DNA from: Histomonas meleagridis 2922-C6/04-290x
Taxonomy: Eukaryota; Protista; Parabasalia
Length of the DNA: 64,000 nt
NCBI GenBank assembly: GCA_020184695.1
Contig: JAANOX010000029.1
Location: forward strand, 62,001-126,000
Direction of reading: 5' to 3'
The notes beneath the pieces are model-generated. The model made no database searches and was not told where the DNA came from. It worked only from the letters and a program-made list of their open reading frames with translations. The translations under genes and the position numbers were made by a program. Numbering within the stretch: position 1 is the first letter of the stretch; every line of letters begins with the position of its first letter. This document shows, in pieces, positions 33,768 through 44,083 of this stretch.

Positions 33768-34253
33768 TTATTTAGCTGCTTTAACTGGAGCCTTCTTTTC
33801 AGCAAGAACGATTTGAACATTAGTTGGTGGTGAAGCATAGCACTTAACACGTCCGTGTGCTTGGTGGATACGGCGATAACGATACATTCTTGCATAATTG
33901 CATTGAACGTGAACAATGTATAAGTTGTCAACGTTGATTTCTGGCTTTTGAGCAGCACCTGCCAATGCATTCTTGATAAGTTTGATGAATAACTTGGCAG
34001 ACTTTTCTGGCCATCTTGAGGATGGGCAGCCCCATTCCTTACCTTGTGCATGGTGTGGAATACCTTCGTTGTAGCGGAAGAATGGAACAGCACGCTTGTG
34101 CTCGATAACTGCTTCGAGATATGCAAGGGCCTTTGATACCTTCATTCCATTGATAGCACGGCCTGTTTCGAACATTGGCTTGAAGTGGACGCGTTCAGTT
34201 GGAGTGCAAGCCTTAAGGACTGGAGCACCATTAGATTTGTAGGTGTACTTCAT
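33768..34253 (-). CDS. RPL17: 60S ribosomal protein L17 (uL22)
   Basis: RVHFKPMFETGRAI, VPFFRYN, RWPEKSAK, AHGRVKCYASPP. Confidence 0.96.
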   Translation of the reverse strand: MKYTYKSNGAPVLKACTPTERVHFKPMFETGRAINGMKVSKALAYLEAVIEHKRAVPFFRYNEGIPHHAQGKEWGCPSSRWPEKSAKLFIKLIKNALAGAAQKPEINVDNLYIVHVQCNYARMYRYRRIHQAHGRVKCYASPPTNVQIVLAEKKAPVKAAK

Positions 34254-34265
34254 GGCTCTGAGAAG

Positions 34266-34294
34266 AAAGGAACGGCCAAACCGTACAAACCGTT
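34266..34294 (-). promoter_or_regulatory. M5 (CCTTT) initiator plus upstream M3 element of RPL17
   Basis: CCTTT at 34270-34266, 13 nt before the ATG, and AACGGTT at 34294-34288. M5 is the alternative initiator known from Trichomonas ribosomal-protein genes. Confidence 0.55.
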
Positions 34295-34993
34295 GACTTG
34301 TGAAATGATACTAAACAAAGTTTGTCAATTTTTAAAAAGGTAAAAACATATTCATCAAATTAATATGTAGAGATTCAAATATAAATTATTTAATACTTCC
34401 ATTCATTTTGTGAATTCAACTTTCGGGTTAAAAATATAAAAATATAATCAATCGATTTAAGATATCTTGATATTTCAACAAAATAAATATTTGTCAAAAA
34501 ACTTCATCAAAAACAAAAATTTATTAATGTCCACTTATTTTATAAGTGTGTTCAATTTGTCTTCGACTTGCGAAAGAAAAAGGAAAATTCTGAATTTGTA
34601 TAAACGAACTTATAATTGAAACTAATGGATATTTTCCATGAGGAAAAGAAGTAGAATACTATTAATGATGCATCTGGGACTTTGGTACTAATGTTAACAA
34701 AGTATCAAACATTAATAAATGTATTGAATTCAATATTCAAAACTACAAAAAGAATTATAGCATATACCAAAAATAATGAAGAATTCACAAAGTTATTAAG
34801 TGAAATGACAACATTAATGAACCCAAAGAGAACAAACAAAAGCCTTTACAAAAAATGATGTGATTTTCAATAGAATTCTGTTGTTTCCATATCGTCTTTT
34901 CACGCAAAGGGTTTTGAGTGGTTTTAACGGGATGCCCCAAAATTAAATGTGCCCAATTTTGGATTGAATTGAATTGACAAGACACTCAAAAAA

Positions 34994-35596
34994 ATGATAG
35001 GAGTCGAATACAAACATAGCTTTAAGTTTATTGTTATTGGTTCTAGTGGTGTTGGAAAAACATCTATATTGAAGCGTCTGATTGATGATCAGTTTTCAGC
35101 AGAAAATGTTTCTACGATTGGTGTAGAATATATGTCAACAGTTCTTGAAATTGATGGACAACCAATTAAATTACAAATTTGGGATACAGCTGGACAAGAA
35201 AAATTTAGATCAATTGCAAAGTCATACTTTCGTCATGCTGTTGGCGTAATTTTAGTATATGATATCACTGATAGAAAGTCATTTGATAATTTAAGCCTTT
35301 GGCTTAATGATGTTCATGCGTTATGTGATCCAAATGCTGCAATAACAATGATTGGTAACAAACTTGATTTATCATCACAAAGAGTAGTATCATTATCAGA
35401 AGCACAAACATTTGCTGCATCTCACCAACTTACGTACATTGAAACATCTGCACGTGGTGGTGATAATGTAACAGAAGCATTTAATCGAGCCGCTAAATTA
35501 GTTTATGACAGAGCAGAAACAGGAAAATTATCATCTAAAACAGTAACTCCACCTCAAGCACAAAAAACTGATTCTACTGGTTGTTGCAACAAATAA
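34994..35596 (+). CDS. Rab GTPase (Rab2/Rab14-like)
   Basis: GSSGVGKT, WDTAGQE, GNKLD, ETSA, C-terminal CC. Confidence 0.95.
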   Translation: MIGVEYKHSFKFIVIGSSGVGKTSILKRLIDDQFSAENVSTIGVEYMSTVLEIDGQPIKLQIWDTAGQEKFRSIAKSYFRHAVGVILVYDITDRKSFDNLSLWLNDVHALCDPNAAITMIGNKLDLSSQRVVSLSEAQTFAASHQLTYIETSARGGDNVTEAFNRAAKLVYDRAETGKLSSKTVTPPQAQKTDSTGCCNK

Positions 35597-35635
35597 AAAA
35601 CAAATATCTTTTGACTATGTTTGTTCGAATTGAAG

Positions 35636-37126
35636 ATGACAAACTTTCGGAAAATTACGCTTGCTGGATTCGATGAAACCAAACTTGCAGATGTAAAATT
35701 TGTTGCTTCATATCATGGCGACCAAGTTCCTCAATTAAAGCCACATAAGTTAGTTGATAATTGGAAATATCATTATAAAATTCCTTGGGTCTGCTTTTTA
35801 GACGTTGCAATATTTATTCTATATGCTTTTCTTGCCGTATTTCACCAAGAATCTAGAGTAGTTTTTACTCAAGATTTTTCAAATGCAATTTCTGATTATT
35901 TTTTAGGCGAACTCGATTTTCCAGAACAACCTGATGGTATTCCAATTGGTGTTGGTCAATTATACTTTATAGGTGATTTCAAGTTTATTTTTACTGAGTT
36001 ATGTTCACGCTTTTTTACTTTTCATCAATCATTTCCAGTTTCTTTTACCGTTGACTCACTTTCATCAGCGGAGATAGAGGTTGCTTTTCAAGGCGCTGAA
36101 TCCTTTAAACTTCAACTTGTTAGAGAAGATATTGATCTTATTATTGATCAAATTTGTAAAAGCCTTGATGTTTTTTCCAGTGTTGAAGTTATAGCAGATT
36201 ATCACATTCAAGTCAATAAAGACACGTATGATTACCGTATGACGCTTTCCATCAAAGGCACATTCACTCGTGACCTCACCACCGATACGATCTTTCTTGA
36301 CATTGAACATTCAAGAATCCAAGAAAATCCCGAAGTATATGAAGGCAATGCCATTTTCTATCTCTATTATTCATTACCATTTCTTATTATTGTATTAAAT
36401 GTCATCACATTATTAATTTTAATAAAGAATACAATTTCACTTTATAAATATTCGAAACATCGTTCAATGGATATAAATATTCCATGGAAAGAAATATTTA
36501 AGAAGAAATTTGATAAATGGGACATATTTACATTGGTCACACATTCGGTATCAATAGCTTCTTCAACATTATATATTCAGGTTGGACAAGATGTCACTAA
36601 AGAAGTTTCTCCATTTCTTTATGTAATTGCAATTTCAACACTTTTTCACAGCTTTACATTGATACGTTATCTGAAATTAAACAAGTCAACAAATCTAATT
36701 ATACATGTGTTGTTATCATCAACTGTGAAAGTTATGCAGTTCCTTGTTGGTTGCATTCCATTCTTTTTTGGGTTTTGGGCATTCGGAATGTGTTTCTTTG
36801 GTCATCTAAATGATGCATTCGCTTCACCTTTACAATGCGCTTCATTTTTGTTCTGCGTAATGCACGGTGATTCAATAAAAGAAGTTTATGACGCAACAAC
36901 ATTACAAACAGATATGAGCCCTTACGTCGGATTCTCGTACACATCGCTTTGGGTGGCATTCGCGCTTTTGTTGATGTTTAACATTACAATTTCCATCGTG
37001 CAGGAAGTGCTGACGGTGGAAACGTATAAGTCATTGCATAAAAAGGAGGACGATGGAAAATTACCATCGTTTAATGAGTTAGCGAATAATGTGGCATTGA
37101 GAAACTTGGAATGGTCAAATATGTAA
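35636..37126 (+). CDS. Mucolipin (TRPML)/polycystin-type cation channel
   Basis: TM1, large luminal loop, five further TMs, and pore region FGHLNDAF..ASFLFCVMHGDSI followed by LMFNITISIVQE. Confidence 0.8.
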   Translation: MTNFRKITLAGFDETKLADVKFVASYHGDQVPQLKPHKLVDNWKYHYKIPWVCFLDVAIFILYAFLAVFHQESRVVFTQDFSNAISDYFLGELDFPEQPDGIPIGVGQLYFIGDFKFIFTELCSRFFTFHQSFPVSFTVDSLSSAEIEVAFQGAESFKLQLVREDIDLIIDQICKSLDVFSSVEVIADYHIQVNKDTYDYRMTLSIKGTFTRDLTTDTIFLDIEHSRIQENPEVYEGNAIFYLYYSLPFLIIVLNVITLLILIKNTISLYKYSKHRSMDINIPWKEIFKKKFDKWDIFTLVTHSVSIASSTLYIQVGQDVTKEVSPFLYVIAISTLFHSFTLIRYLKLNKSTNLIIHVLLSSTVKVMQFLVGCIPFFFGFWAFGMCFFGHLNDAFASPLQCASFLFCVMHGDSIKEVYDATTLQTDMSPYVGFSYTSLWVAFALLLMFNITISIVQEVLTVETYKSLHKKEDDGKLPSFNELANNVALRNLEWSNM

Positions 37127-37329
37127 ATAGTTTATGCAAAATTTTTCTTTCTTTAATAATGTGCAAAAATTAGAGAAAAATTATTTCTTGAGAATTAAAA
37201 TGTTGAATAACGCTAAAATTTTAATTATATATCATAAAAATATGAAGTTTTGCATTTTCATAGTAAAAGATTTTTGGCATCTATAGATTATCAGGTTATA
37301 TTCAATGAATAAGAATTTATTTTTGCTCA

Positions 37330-37600
37330 GGTATAACTTAAATGAAATCGATGTAAACCAGACCGGTATTCTATGAGTTATTATTCCTATTTAATATTTA
37401 TTCATAAACAAATTATTGGTCATAAAAAGGAACTCACTATTAGATTCCATTAAAATTGTTTATCTTACAATTTGACATGGAAGGAATTGATGCCAATGCT
37501 AAATGATAAGATTTAAATGTTTTATTTGATATTCCAAAATGTTAATTGGAAATTATTTCAAATAATGCAGCAATTGTATTAGCATCTTTGATCTTAACAA
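37330..37600 (+). pseudogene. Ankyrin-repeat relic retaining a degenerate AT-rich insert
   Basis: EGIDANAK at ~37480-37503, then ~60 nt containing gttttattt..ttggaaattattt, then AAIVLAS. Confidence 0.55.
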
Positions 37601-38459
37601 GAAATTCATACTTGATAGGATACCTTTACTACCTTTTTTTATTATTAGGTGTGCATAAAAATCTAAAAAAAAATTGAATGAACAATTTCTCCATGCAAGC
37701 ATTCCAGAATTACATCAATGACATTTGGTACAAATAATTTTTATATAAAACCAATAACATTGAGATAAGTATTTATCTAAAAACATTTTGTTTTGTTTTT
37801 GTGAAATCATTATATTCATATTTTATGTTAATATTTTATGTAATAATAAAAATTTACATGTGAATATTTATGATAATATATGATTTGATTTTGTGTTATA
37901 TCATATTTCTGAAATGAGATGAAACAAGATAAAATATATTAGTTAATGTCTTCATAATTTCTCATAAAATTCAATACATTAATGCTCGAGTTTATTCATC
38001 TTATTTAATTTTTTATTTGAAGCATAAATAATATTTTACAACAACATAAAAATCGCTTCTGTCCTTCTGGGAAAGACGAAAAGTAAACAATGATTCCATC
38101 TGTATTTTTGTATTTATAACGAACAAATCTATCCTTTTTGTTGAATGCTCTTATTGTTGTCTATTTTTTAATGTGAGATAAAAATTTTATCAAGAACTTA
38201 CGATTTAAGATTTTATTTTTTTGAAATTTCAAAGAAATATTAGCTTCCCAAAATCCTTGGAATAATATTATGCAAGGATGGATTTTTGAGTTAAACGTTT
38301 TTCTTGATTGATGTTATTCTAATTCACTTTTTGATTTTAAACAAAACGATCATTTTGAATAAATCACACAAAATTGCACTTTTATGTATATTGTATCGTC
38401 ACCGTTGATCATGAATTTACAAAAATTACCACAAAGACATATTTAAAATATAGCAAAAA

Positions 38460-38537
38460 TTAAAAAAGGAGCACTGTAGCCCAGTCCCTCTTTTCCTTGT
38501 TGGTAGTCTTTGTCCACTTCTTCTTAACTTGTGGCAT
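38460..38537 (-). pseudogene. RPS25: Truncated RPS25 5' fragment at the duplication breakpoint
   Basis: Identical to the first 24 codons of 41811.., then TTT TAA, giving MPQVKKKWTKTTNKEKRDWATVLLF*; the CCTTT promoter is retained. Confidence 0.85.
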
Positions 38538-38650
38538 TATGAAGAAAGGTCAGTCAGACCATAACGATACAGGGGTAATTGTATGGGTAAAATATGGATA
38601 AAAAATTATTAAAAAAATTGTCAAAAAATTATTAAAAAAAGAAGTCAGGA

Positions 38651-39238
38651 TTAGATCATCTTTATTTCCTTAAGTCTCTTTTCAACGAAATCCCAATTAA
38701 CTGCATCCCAATATTTGGCAAAATATTCGGCTTTACGGTTCTCGTAATCGATGTACCAAGCGTGTTCCCATGTATCAACACAAAGAATTGGGAAACCACC
38801 ATCTTTAACTGGGTTAGCTGCATTAGAATATTGGTTAATAGAAACTGATCCGTCTTTATTAACTGCAAGATAACACCAACCACTTCCAAAGATTGTAGAT
38901 GCTTTTTGTGTAAATTCTGATTTAAATGATTCAATTCCTTTGAAGTATTTCTCGAAAAAGTTGTTTAATTGTTCTGAAACTTGAAGTTTTTCACCTGAAA
39001 GACATTGCCAAAAGAAACTATGGTTATAATGTTGTGCTACATTATTAAAGATTGGTCCACTAGAAGTTTGAATAATTTCTTCAATGGTTTTCCCGTCAAA
39101 CTCACTTCCTGGGACGTTTTTATTAGCAAAATCAACATAAGCTTGATGATGTTTAGTGACATGAATTTCAAGTTGATGTTTAGTTAAGAATCCTGGGATT
39201 CCATTTTGAAGATAAGGGATTGGAGCGATGCTGAACAT
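38651..39238 (-). CDS. SOD: Iron superoxide dismutase
   Basis: HVTKHHQAYV, NNVAQHYNHSFFW, FGSGW, DTWEHAWYIDYENRK; ATG at 39238 directly after the Inr. Confidence 0.97.
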   Translation of the reverse strand: MFSIAPIPYLQNGIPGFLTKHQLEIHVTKHHQAYVDFANKNVPGSEFDGKTIEEIIQTSSGPIFNNVAQHYNHSFFWQCLSGEKLQVSEQLNNFFEKYFKGIESFKSEFTQKASTIFGSGWCYLAVNKDGSVSINQYSNAANPVKDGGFPILCVDTWEHAWYIDYENRKAEYFAKYWDAVNWDFVEKRLKEIKMI

Positions 39239-39239
39239 G

Positions 39240-39246
39240 AAAGTGA
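39240..39246 (-). promoter_or_regulatory. Initiator (Inr) element of SOD
   Basis: TCACTTT one base before the ATG; matches the parabasalid TCA(T/C)T(T/A) Inr. Confidence 0.6.
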
Positions 39247-39464
39247 TGTGACAAATCAACGATAAAATTGAATTTTATTCAAGTCAAACGCTGAAAACAC
39301 AAAATTGTGAGAAATTTTCAATCATTATTTTATTTCAAGTCCTCCTTTTCAATATGAATAGGGGGGCCTTATTCAAATGATCAATGACAAATTTCGTGAT
39401 TTTGACTTGTGCGATCGCACTTAATTGAAAATTTGAATACATATGTGATCGACAAAAATTTTCT

Positions 39465-40553
39465 TTATTGTTTCTTCTTTAGAGTGAAAACAGGGATTTC
39501 AAGGCCTTTGCTAAGCCCGCGAATGACTCTAATATCAAAAGTAACCATTATCAATACAACTAGAACATAATATCCCTCCCACAAATGTTCTAAAGATGCA
39601 ACTCTTGGGAGAAACAGTGCAGCCAATGCAACAGCCCAAAGGACAATCATTGTCAATGGGAACGTTCTAAGAGGTCCTCTCTTTGTAAGGAACGAAACAA
39701 TTATGATTTGAGATCCATATTGAAGGACATATCCAGCGCTCATTGTGAAGAATGGGTTTTTATAGGGTGTGCTTGGCGATGATGCAAGCGATAAGAAAAT
39801 TTTAACTGAGATTAAGCATGGTAAAATTGATATTAATGCACGTTTCATTACAGATTTGTCATTTGATGTAAGGGATTTTTTGATGACATTGAAGAGAATC
39901 ATTCCAACTGTGAGACCAACGCCCATGAAGAACAATATGAAGACATATTTCGATTGAACATATTGGCGAAGAGATGGGAAGAATCCAACAAGAATATGAG
40001 CAACCCAAATGAGTGTAAGTCCTTCATCTGGTCCATTGATGTATCCAAGATAAAATGCATGTGTTACATACTCTTCATATGATGTAAGGAAGAAGCCAAC
40101 GCCCATCAAAAACACAAAGTAAAATGTTTCCTTTCCACATCCAAGGTTGAATGAGGCTGCAGCCTTAATTAGTTCGGAAACCCCTGTTATTGCATCACAA
40201 CCATGATCAAAGAATTGTCCAAGAGCAGACGAAGAACCTGTACGCCTTGCTTGCTTTCCATCAAGGTTGTCAAGAGTTTGGTATATACAAAGGCATACAC
40301 CATTGAAAATGCAGACCCATGATGGAAGTGGTACTGTCAAGCATTCGCTATAAACCAAGGAAACAATAAAAGAAACAACTTCGAAAAGAAACCCAATAAA
40401 TGTGATAAGATTAGGTGCAAGGGATAGAGGGAAAAATTCAATAAGCCAATTCCAAAATCTCCTATAAAATAGTTTTATCAAAATACTGTCATCAACGCCA
40501 TTGTACTTGTAGTTCTTTGCGGCGTTTATGTCTTCCTTTGAAAACATTTCCAT
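39465..40553 (-). CDS. CEPT1: Choline/ethanolamine phosphotransferase (CDP-alcohol phosphatidyltransferase)
   Basis: YKYNGVD, LAPNLIT, DNLDGKQARRTGSSSALGQFFDHGCD. Confidence 0.95.
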   Translation of the reverse strand: MEMFSKEDINAAKNYKYNGVDDSILIKLFYRRFWNWLIEFFPLSLAPNLITFIGFLFEVVSFIVSLVYSECLTVPLPSWVCIFNGVCLCIYQTLDNLDGKQARRTGSSSALGQFFDHGCDAITGVSELIKAAASFNLGCGKETFYFVFLMGVGFFLTSYEEYVTHAFYLGYINGPDEGLTLIWVAHILVGFFPSLRQYVQSKYVFILFFMGVGLTVGMILFNVIKKSLTSNDKSVMKRALISILPCLISVKIFLSLASSPSTPYKNPFFTMSAGYVLQYGSQIIIVSFLTKRGPLRTFPLTMIVLWAVALAALFLPRVASLEHLWEGYYVLVVLIMVTFDIRVIRGLSKGLEIPVFTLKKKQ

Positions 40554-40560
40554 GTTCTAA

Positions 40561-40567
40561 AACCGTT
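40561..40567 (-). promoter_or_regulatory. M3 core promoter element
   Basis: AACGGTT 8-14 nt upstream of ATG 40553. Confidence 0.45.
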
Positions 40568-41092
40568 TACGAAACTTTTTTGACATTATTTTGGAGGTTA
40601 CTAAGAATTCACGCAAAAAGTAAGTGACCGAATATGCATTTAAATTCAGTCATAAAAATGGCCAACTTAGGCAGGAAATGAGTTTACTAAAATCCTCTTT
40701 ATAGTCACGATTTACATGGTTCTTTTGATTAAAAGCTTATTTTTAAAAGTGTAAACAATTAAAGTTATGTGAAAAAAAATTTTAATCTGAAATAATATGA
40801 AAATTCATTGGTTTGTTTTTTCTTGAGTTTCGATTCTTTTGATCAACATTTTGTTATCCTCAAAAAATGTTCAATTTCGAAATCAGATAGGGAAATTGAA
40901 TTTATCACCGGACAATGATATTTTTTCAAAAATTGCGATCCGAAATGTTACAAAAGAATAAGGCCCCCCCTATTCATATTGAAAAGGAGGACTTGAAATA
41001 AAATAATGATTGAAAATTTCTCACAATTTTGTGTTTTCAGCGTTTGACTTGAATAAAATTCAATTTTATCGTTGATTTGTCACATCACTTTC

Positions 41093-41688
41093 ATGTTCAG
41101 CATCGCTCCAGTCCCTTATCTTCAAAATGGAATCCCAGGATTCTTAACTAAACATCAACTTGAAATTCATGTCACGAAACATCATCAAGCTTATGTTGAT
41201 TTTGCTAATAAAAAAACGTCACTGGTAGTGAGATTGAAGGGAAATCCATTGTAGAAATTATTCAAACTTCTAGTGGACCAATCTTTAATAATGTAGCACA
41301 AACATTATAACCATAGTTTCTTTTTGGCAATGTCTTTCAGGTGAAAAACTTCAAGTTTCAGAACAATTAAACAACTTTTTTTCGAGAAATACTTTCAAAG
41401 GAATTGAATCATTTAAATCAGAATTTACACAAAAAGCATCTCACAATCTTTGGAAGTGGTTGGTGTTATCTTGCAGTTAATAAAGACGGATCAGTTTCTA
41501 TTAACCAATATTCTAATGCAGCTAACCCAGTTAAAGATGGTGGTTTCCCAATTCTTTGTGTTGATACATGGGAACACGCTTGGTACATCGATTACGAGAA
41601 CCGTAAAGCCGAATATTTTGCCAAATATTGGGATGCAGTTAATTGGGATTTCGTTGAAAAGAGACTTAAGGAAATAAAGATGATCTAA
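41093..41688 (+). pseudogene. SOD: Second FeSOD copy, frameshifted (true pseudogene or unpolished assembly)
   Basis: 596 nt versus 588 nt for the intact copy. Six insertion sites total +8 nt; five are homopolymer extensions. Confidence 0.7.
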
Positions 41689-41798
41689 TCCTGACTTTTT
41701 TTTAATAATTTTTTGACAATTTTTTTAATAATTTTTTATCCATATTTTACCCATATTTTACCCATACAATTACCCCTGTATCGTTATGGTCTGACTGA

Positions 41799-41803
41799 CC
41801 TTT
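41799..41803 (+). promoter_or_regulatory. M5 (CCTTT) initiator of RPS25
   Basis: CCTTTCTTCATAATG; the same CCTTTCTTC context precedes RPL17. Confidence 0.55.
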
Positions 41804-41810
41804 CTTCATA

Positions 41811-42143
41811 ATGCCACAAGTTAAGAAGAAGTGGACAAAGACTACCAACAAGGAAAAGAGGGACTGGGCTACAGTGCTCCTTTCCGAAGTTGCAGAAGAA
41901 ATTGAGAAAGCAGTACCACGCAGTAAGCTCATAACTCCATCTAAACTTGCAGATCGTTATAAGATATCTCTTACAGTTGCTCGTCAAGTTTTGAAGCAAC
42001 TCGAAGCCGATGGTAAGATTGTTTGCTTGATTAAGCACTCAAAGCTCGTTGCATACGGTCGACCAGCAGGTGCCAAGGAAGAAGTTGTTGAAGAAGCACC
42101 TAAGGCTGAAGCAGCTCCAAAAGGCAGAAAAGGCAAGAAATAA
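41811..42143 (+). CDS. RPS25: 40S ribosomal protein S25 (eS25)
   Basis: KKKWTK..KEK, KLITPSKLADRYKISLTVARQVLKQL. Confidence 0.93.
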   Translation: MPQVKKKWTKTTNKEKRDWATVLLSEVAEEIEKAVPRSKLITPSKLADRYKISLTVARQVLKQLEADGKIVCLIKHSKLVAYGRPAGAKEEVVEEAPKAEAAPKGRKGKK

Positions 42144-42481
42144 ATCTTGATTTTTGATAACGAATTTTCACATTTTTAAATGTTATTTTGAATAGCATTA
42201 CATACAGCGTATACAAATACTCTTTGATTGGGAACACCTTTTAAATTTATTTTCTCCAATTGTAGTAACAATTTACATTTTTGCAATCAGCCATATATTT
42301 TCTTATTAAAGTGTCTATTGGATAAACTTCTATACTTGATTTTGCAAATGATCTTAAGTTAAGTTTTTTGATGCCCATTAAAAATTTTGCTTTTTATGGA
42401 AGGGAAACATGTTGATGATGTCAAAATAAAATAAATTTATTAAGTTTTAAACCCTAAAATAATTTTTATTGTAAATCATTT

Positions 42482-43421
42482 TTATATACGATTGCCGGCT
42501 GCATATTCATTCATATTTACATCTATCACAGTTCTCATTGGAGGAACCAGCGCGTCCTCTCTTCTGCATTTCCATCGAATTTTAGGGTCGCGGTAAAACT
42601 TTCCGTTTTCATCTTGCGAAAATCCGGCGATTGTTTCGCCATCACTAATGGGATCGTTATTTTTATAAATATACAACGCACAACTAAATGCATTGCTCGC
42701 AATTTCTTGCGGACTCATTGGTAACCGAAAATGATATTGGACATCAGGAAGTGACAAAATGCGCATTCCGACAGTATCGATAACAAATTCTTCTTCCCCT
42801 ACCCGCTGGATACGGACATTGATGGAAAAATAAAAGAATTTGTCGGATCGCGGGATATTTTGATCATTTAAAATATCACGAACACTTTGAGTTCGAAGAA
42901 GTTTACCTGAATTCATGAAGTAAAAAGCGACGCAAGATGGGAAGATTTCTAAAAGAGATTCAATTAGAGTCAACTCGAATTTGGCTCGATTTTGTGAAGG
43001 AAGGAATGAACCTAATAAATCATTTGCCAGAACATCATACTTACACTCAGTAAATACTTGTTCGTGGTCTTGGCATTCCCACATCTGTGCTCGCGTGAAG
43101 GGAACAATTATACTTGGGTTAAATTCAGATGTATTTGACAATAAAATTGATGGAGAACTTGTTTTATCTCCTAAAGTAAAGCTATATTCCAAGGTCATAA
43201 AACAATTTTGACTAATTTCTTGGATTTCTCCAAAATGTATTTTGAAAATATCCATACATTGTGTAGGGTCTGGTGGAATGCTTTCTTTCATCAGAAGTTG
43301 GACAAAAAAGGTATTTCCTTCACCAGAAAATATACCAGAAAATGGTTTTTTGGGTTCAGGTTTAGATGCATCTGTGTCCTTATTCAATTTTTATAACAAA
43401 GTCACTTTTTTGATTTGCCAT
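42482..43421 (-). CDS. DUF4261-family protein of probable bacterial origin
   Basis: FVQLLMKE..FTRAQMWEC..DTVGMRILSLPDVQYHF..NDPISDGETIAG..WKC..EDAL..VIDVNMNEYAAGNR resembles gut-Firmicute DUF4261 proteins. ATG at 43421 is in frame only if the A5 run at 43388-43392 is A4. Confidence 0.75.
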
Positions 43422-43609
43422 TCAAATAAACGGTTGCTTTACACCAACAAAATTATTTCATTTAAAGGCATTAGAACCATTACCATCCAAAATATGTGGA
43501 GCTTAAGTACCAATGAAAAATTTGTTTGACCCATTTTACGAGATTTTTTTTTGGAAATTATTAAATCGTTTCAAAGCAGATGCATTTATAAAAGACACAT
43601 AATTATCAT

Positions 43610-43790
43610 GTACTTACGTTCCATTCATTGGTTATGTAAATGTTTCAAATATTTGCTTATAAATGGTGGAAATGAAGAAATTATTTCTCATTTCGTAATG
43701 CAGATGCGTACATCAATTTAATTTCATTGAAATGATATCTTTAAATATATATTTATGAAAACAAATAAGAAAAAATGAATAATTTAATAA
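43610..43790 (+). pseudogene. Short DUF3447 relic
   Basis: KCFKYLLING/GNEEII and NDIFKY remnants with deletions. Confidence 0.5.
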
Positions 43791-43868
43791 AATTCGGGAA
43801 TAAATGTATACGTTATATTACTGATATTTAAAAAATGTTTAAAGGTATATTTTAAAATATTTAAAAAT

Positions 43869-44044
43869 AAGAAGCCAAAAGTTTATAGAGTTACACTTCC
43901 GCATGTCCACAATTTATTCTCGTCATCATAGATAATGAACATGAAGAAGCCAAAAGTTTATAGAGTTACACTTCCGCATGTCCACAATTTATTCTCGTCA
44001 TCATAGATAATGAACATGAAGAAGTCAAAAGTTTATAGAGTTAC
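43869..44044. repeat. 75-bp tandem repeat, about 2.3 copies
   Basis: Unit aagaagccaaaagtttatagagttacacttccgc..gaacatg starts at 43869, 43944 and 44019; stops in all six frames. Confidence 0.95.
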
Positions 44045-44083
44045 TAACTTTTAATTATTTCATTGATAAAACAAAACAAATAT

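Larger units (their letters stand above)
38465..39374. repeat. Left arm of a ~0.9-kb inverted duplication
   Basis: Reverse complement of 40956-41883; both ends checked by eye (aaaggagcac.. / ..ggggggccttattc). Confidence 0.95.
40956..41883. repeat. Right arm of the ~0.9-kb inverted duplication
   Basis: Reverse complement of 38465-39374, with small insertions and a local tandem duplication of about 11-12 nt near 41745-41765. Confidence 0.95.
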
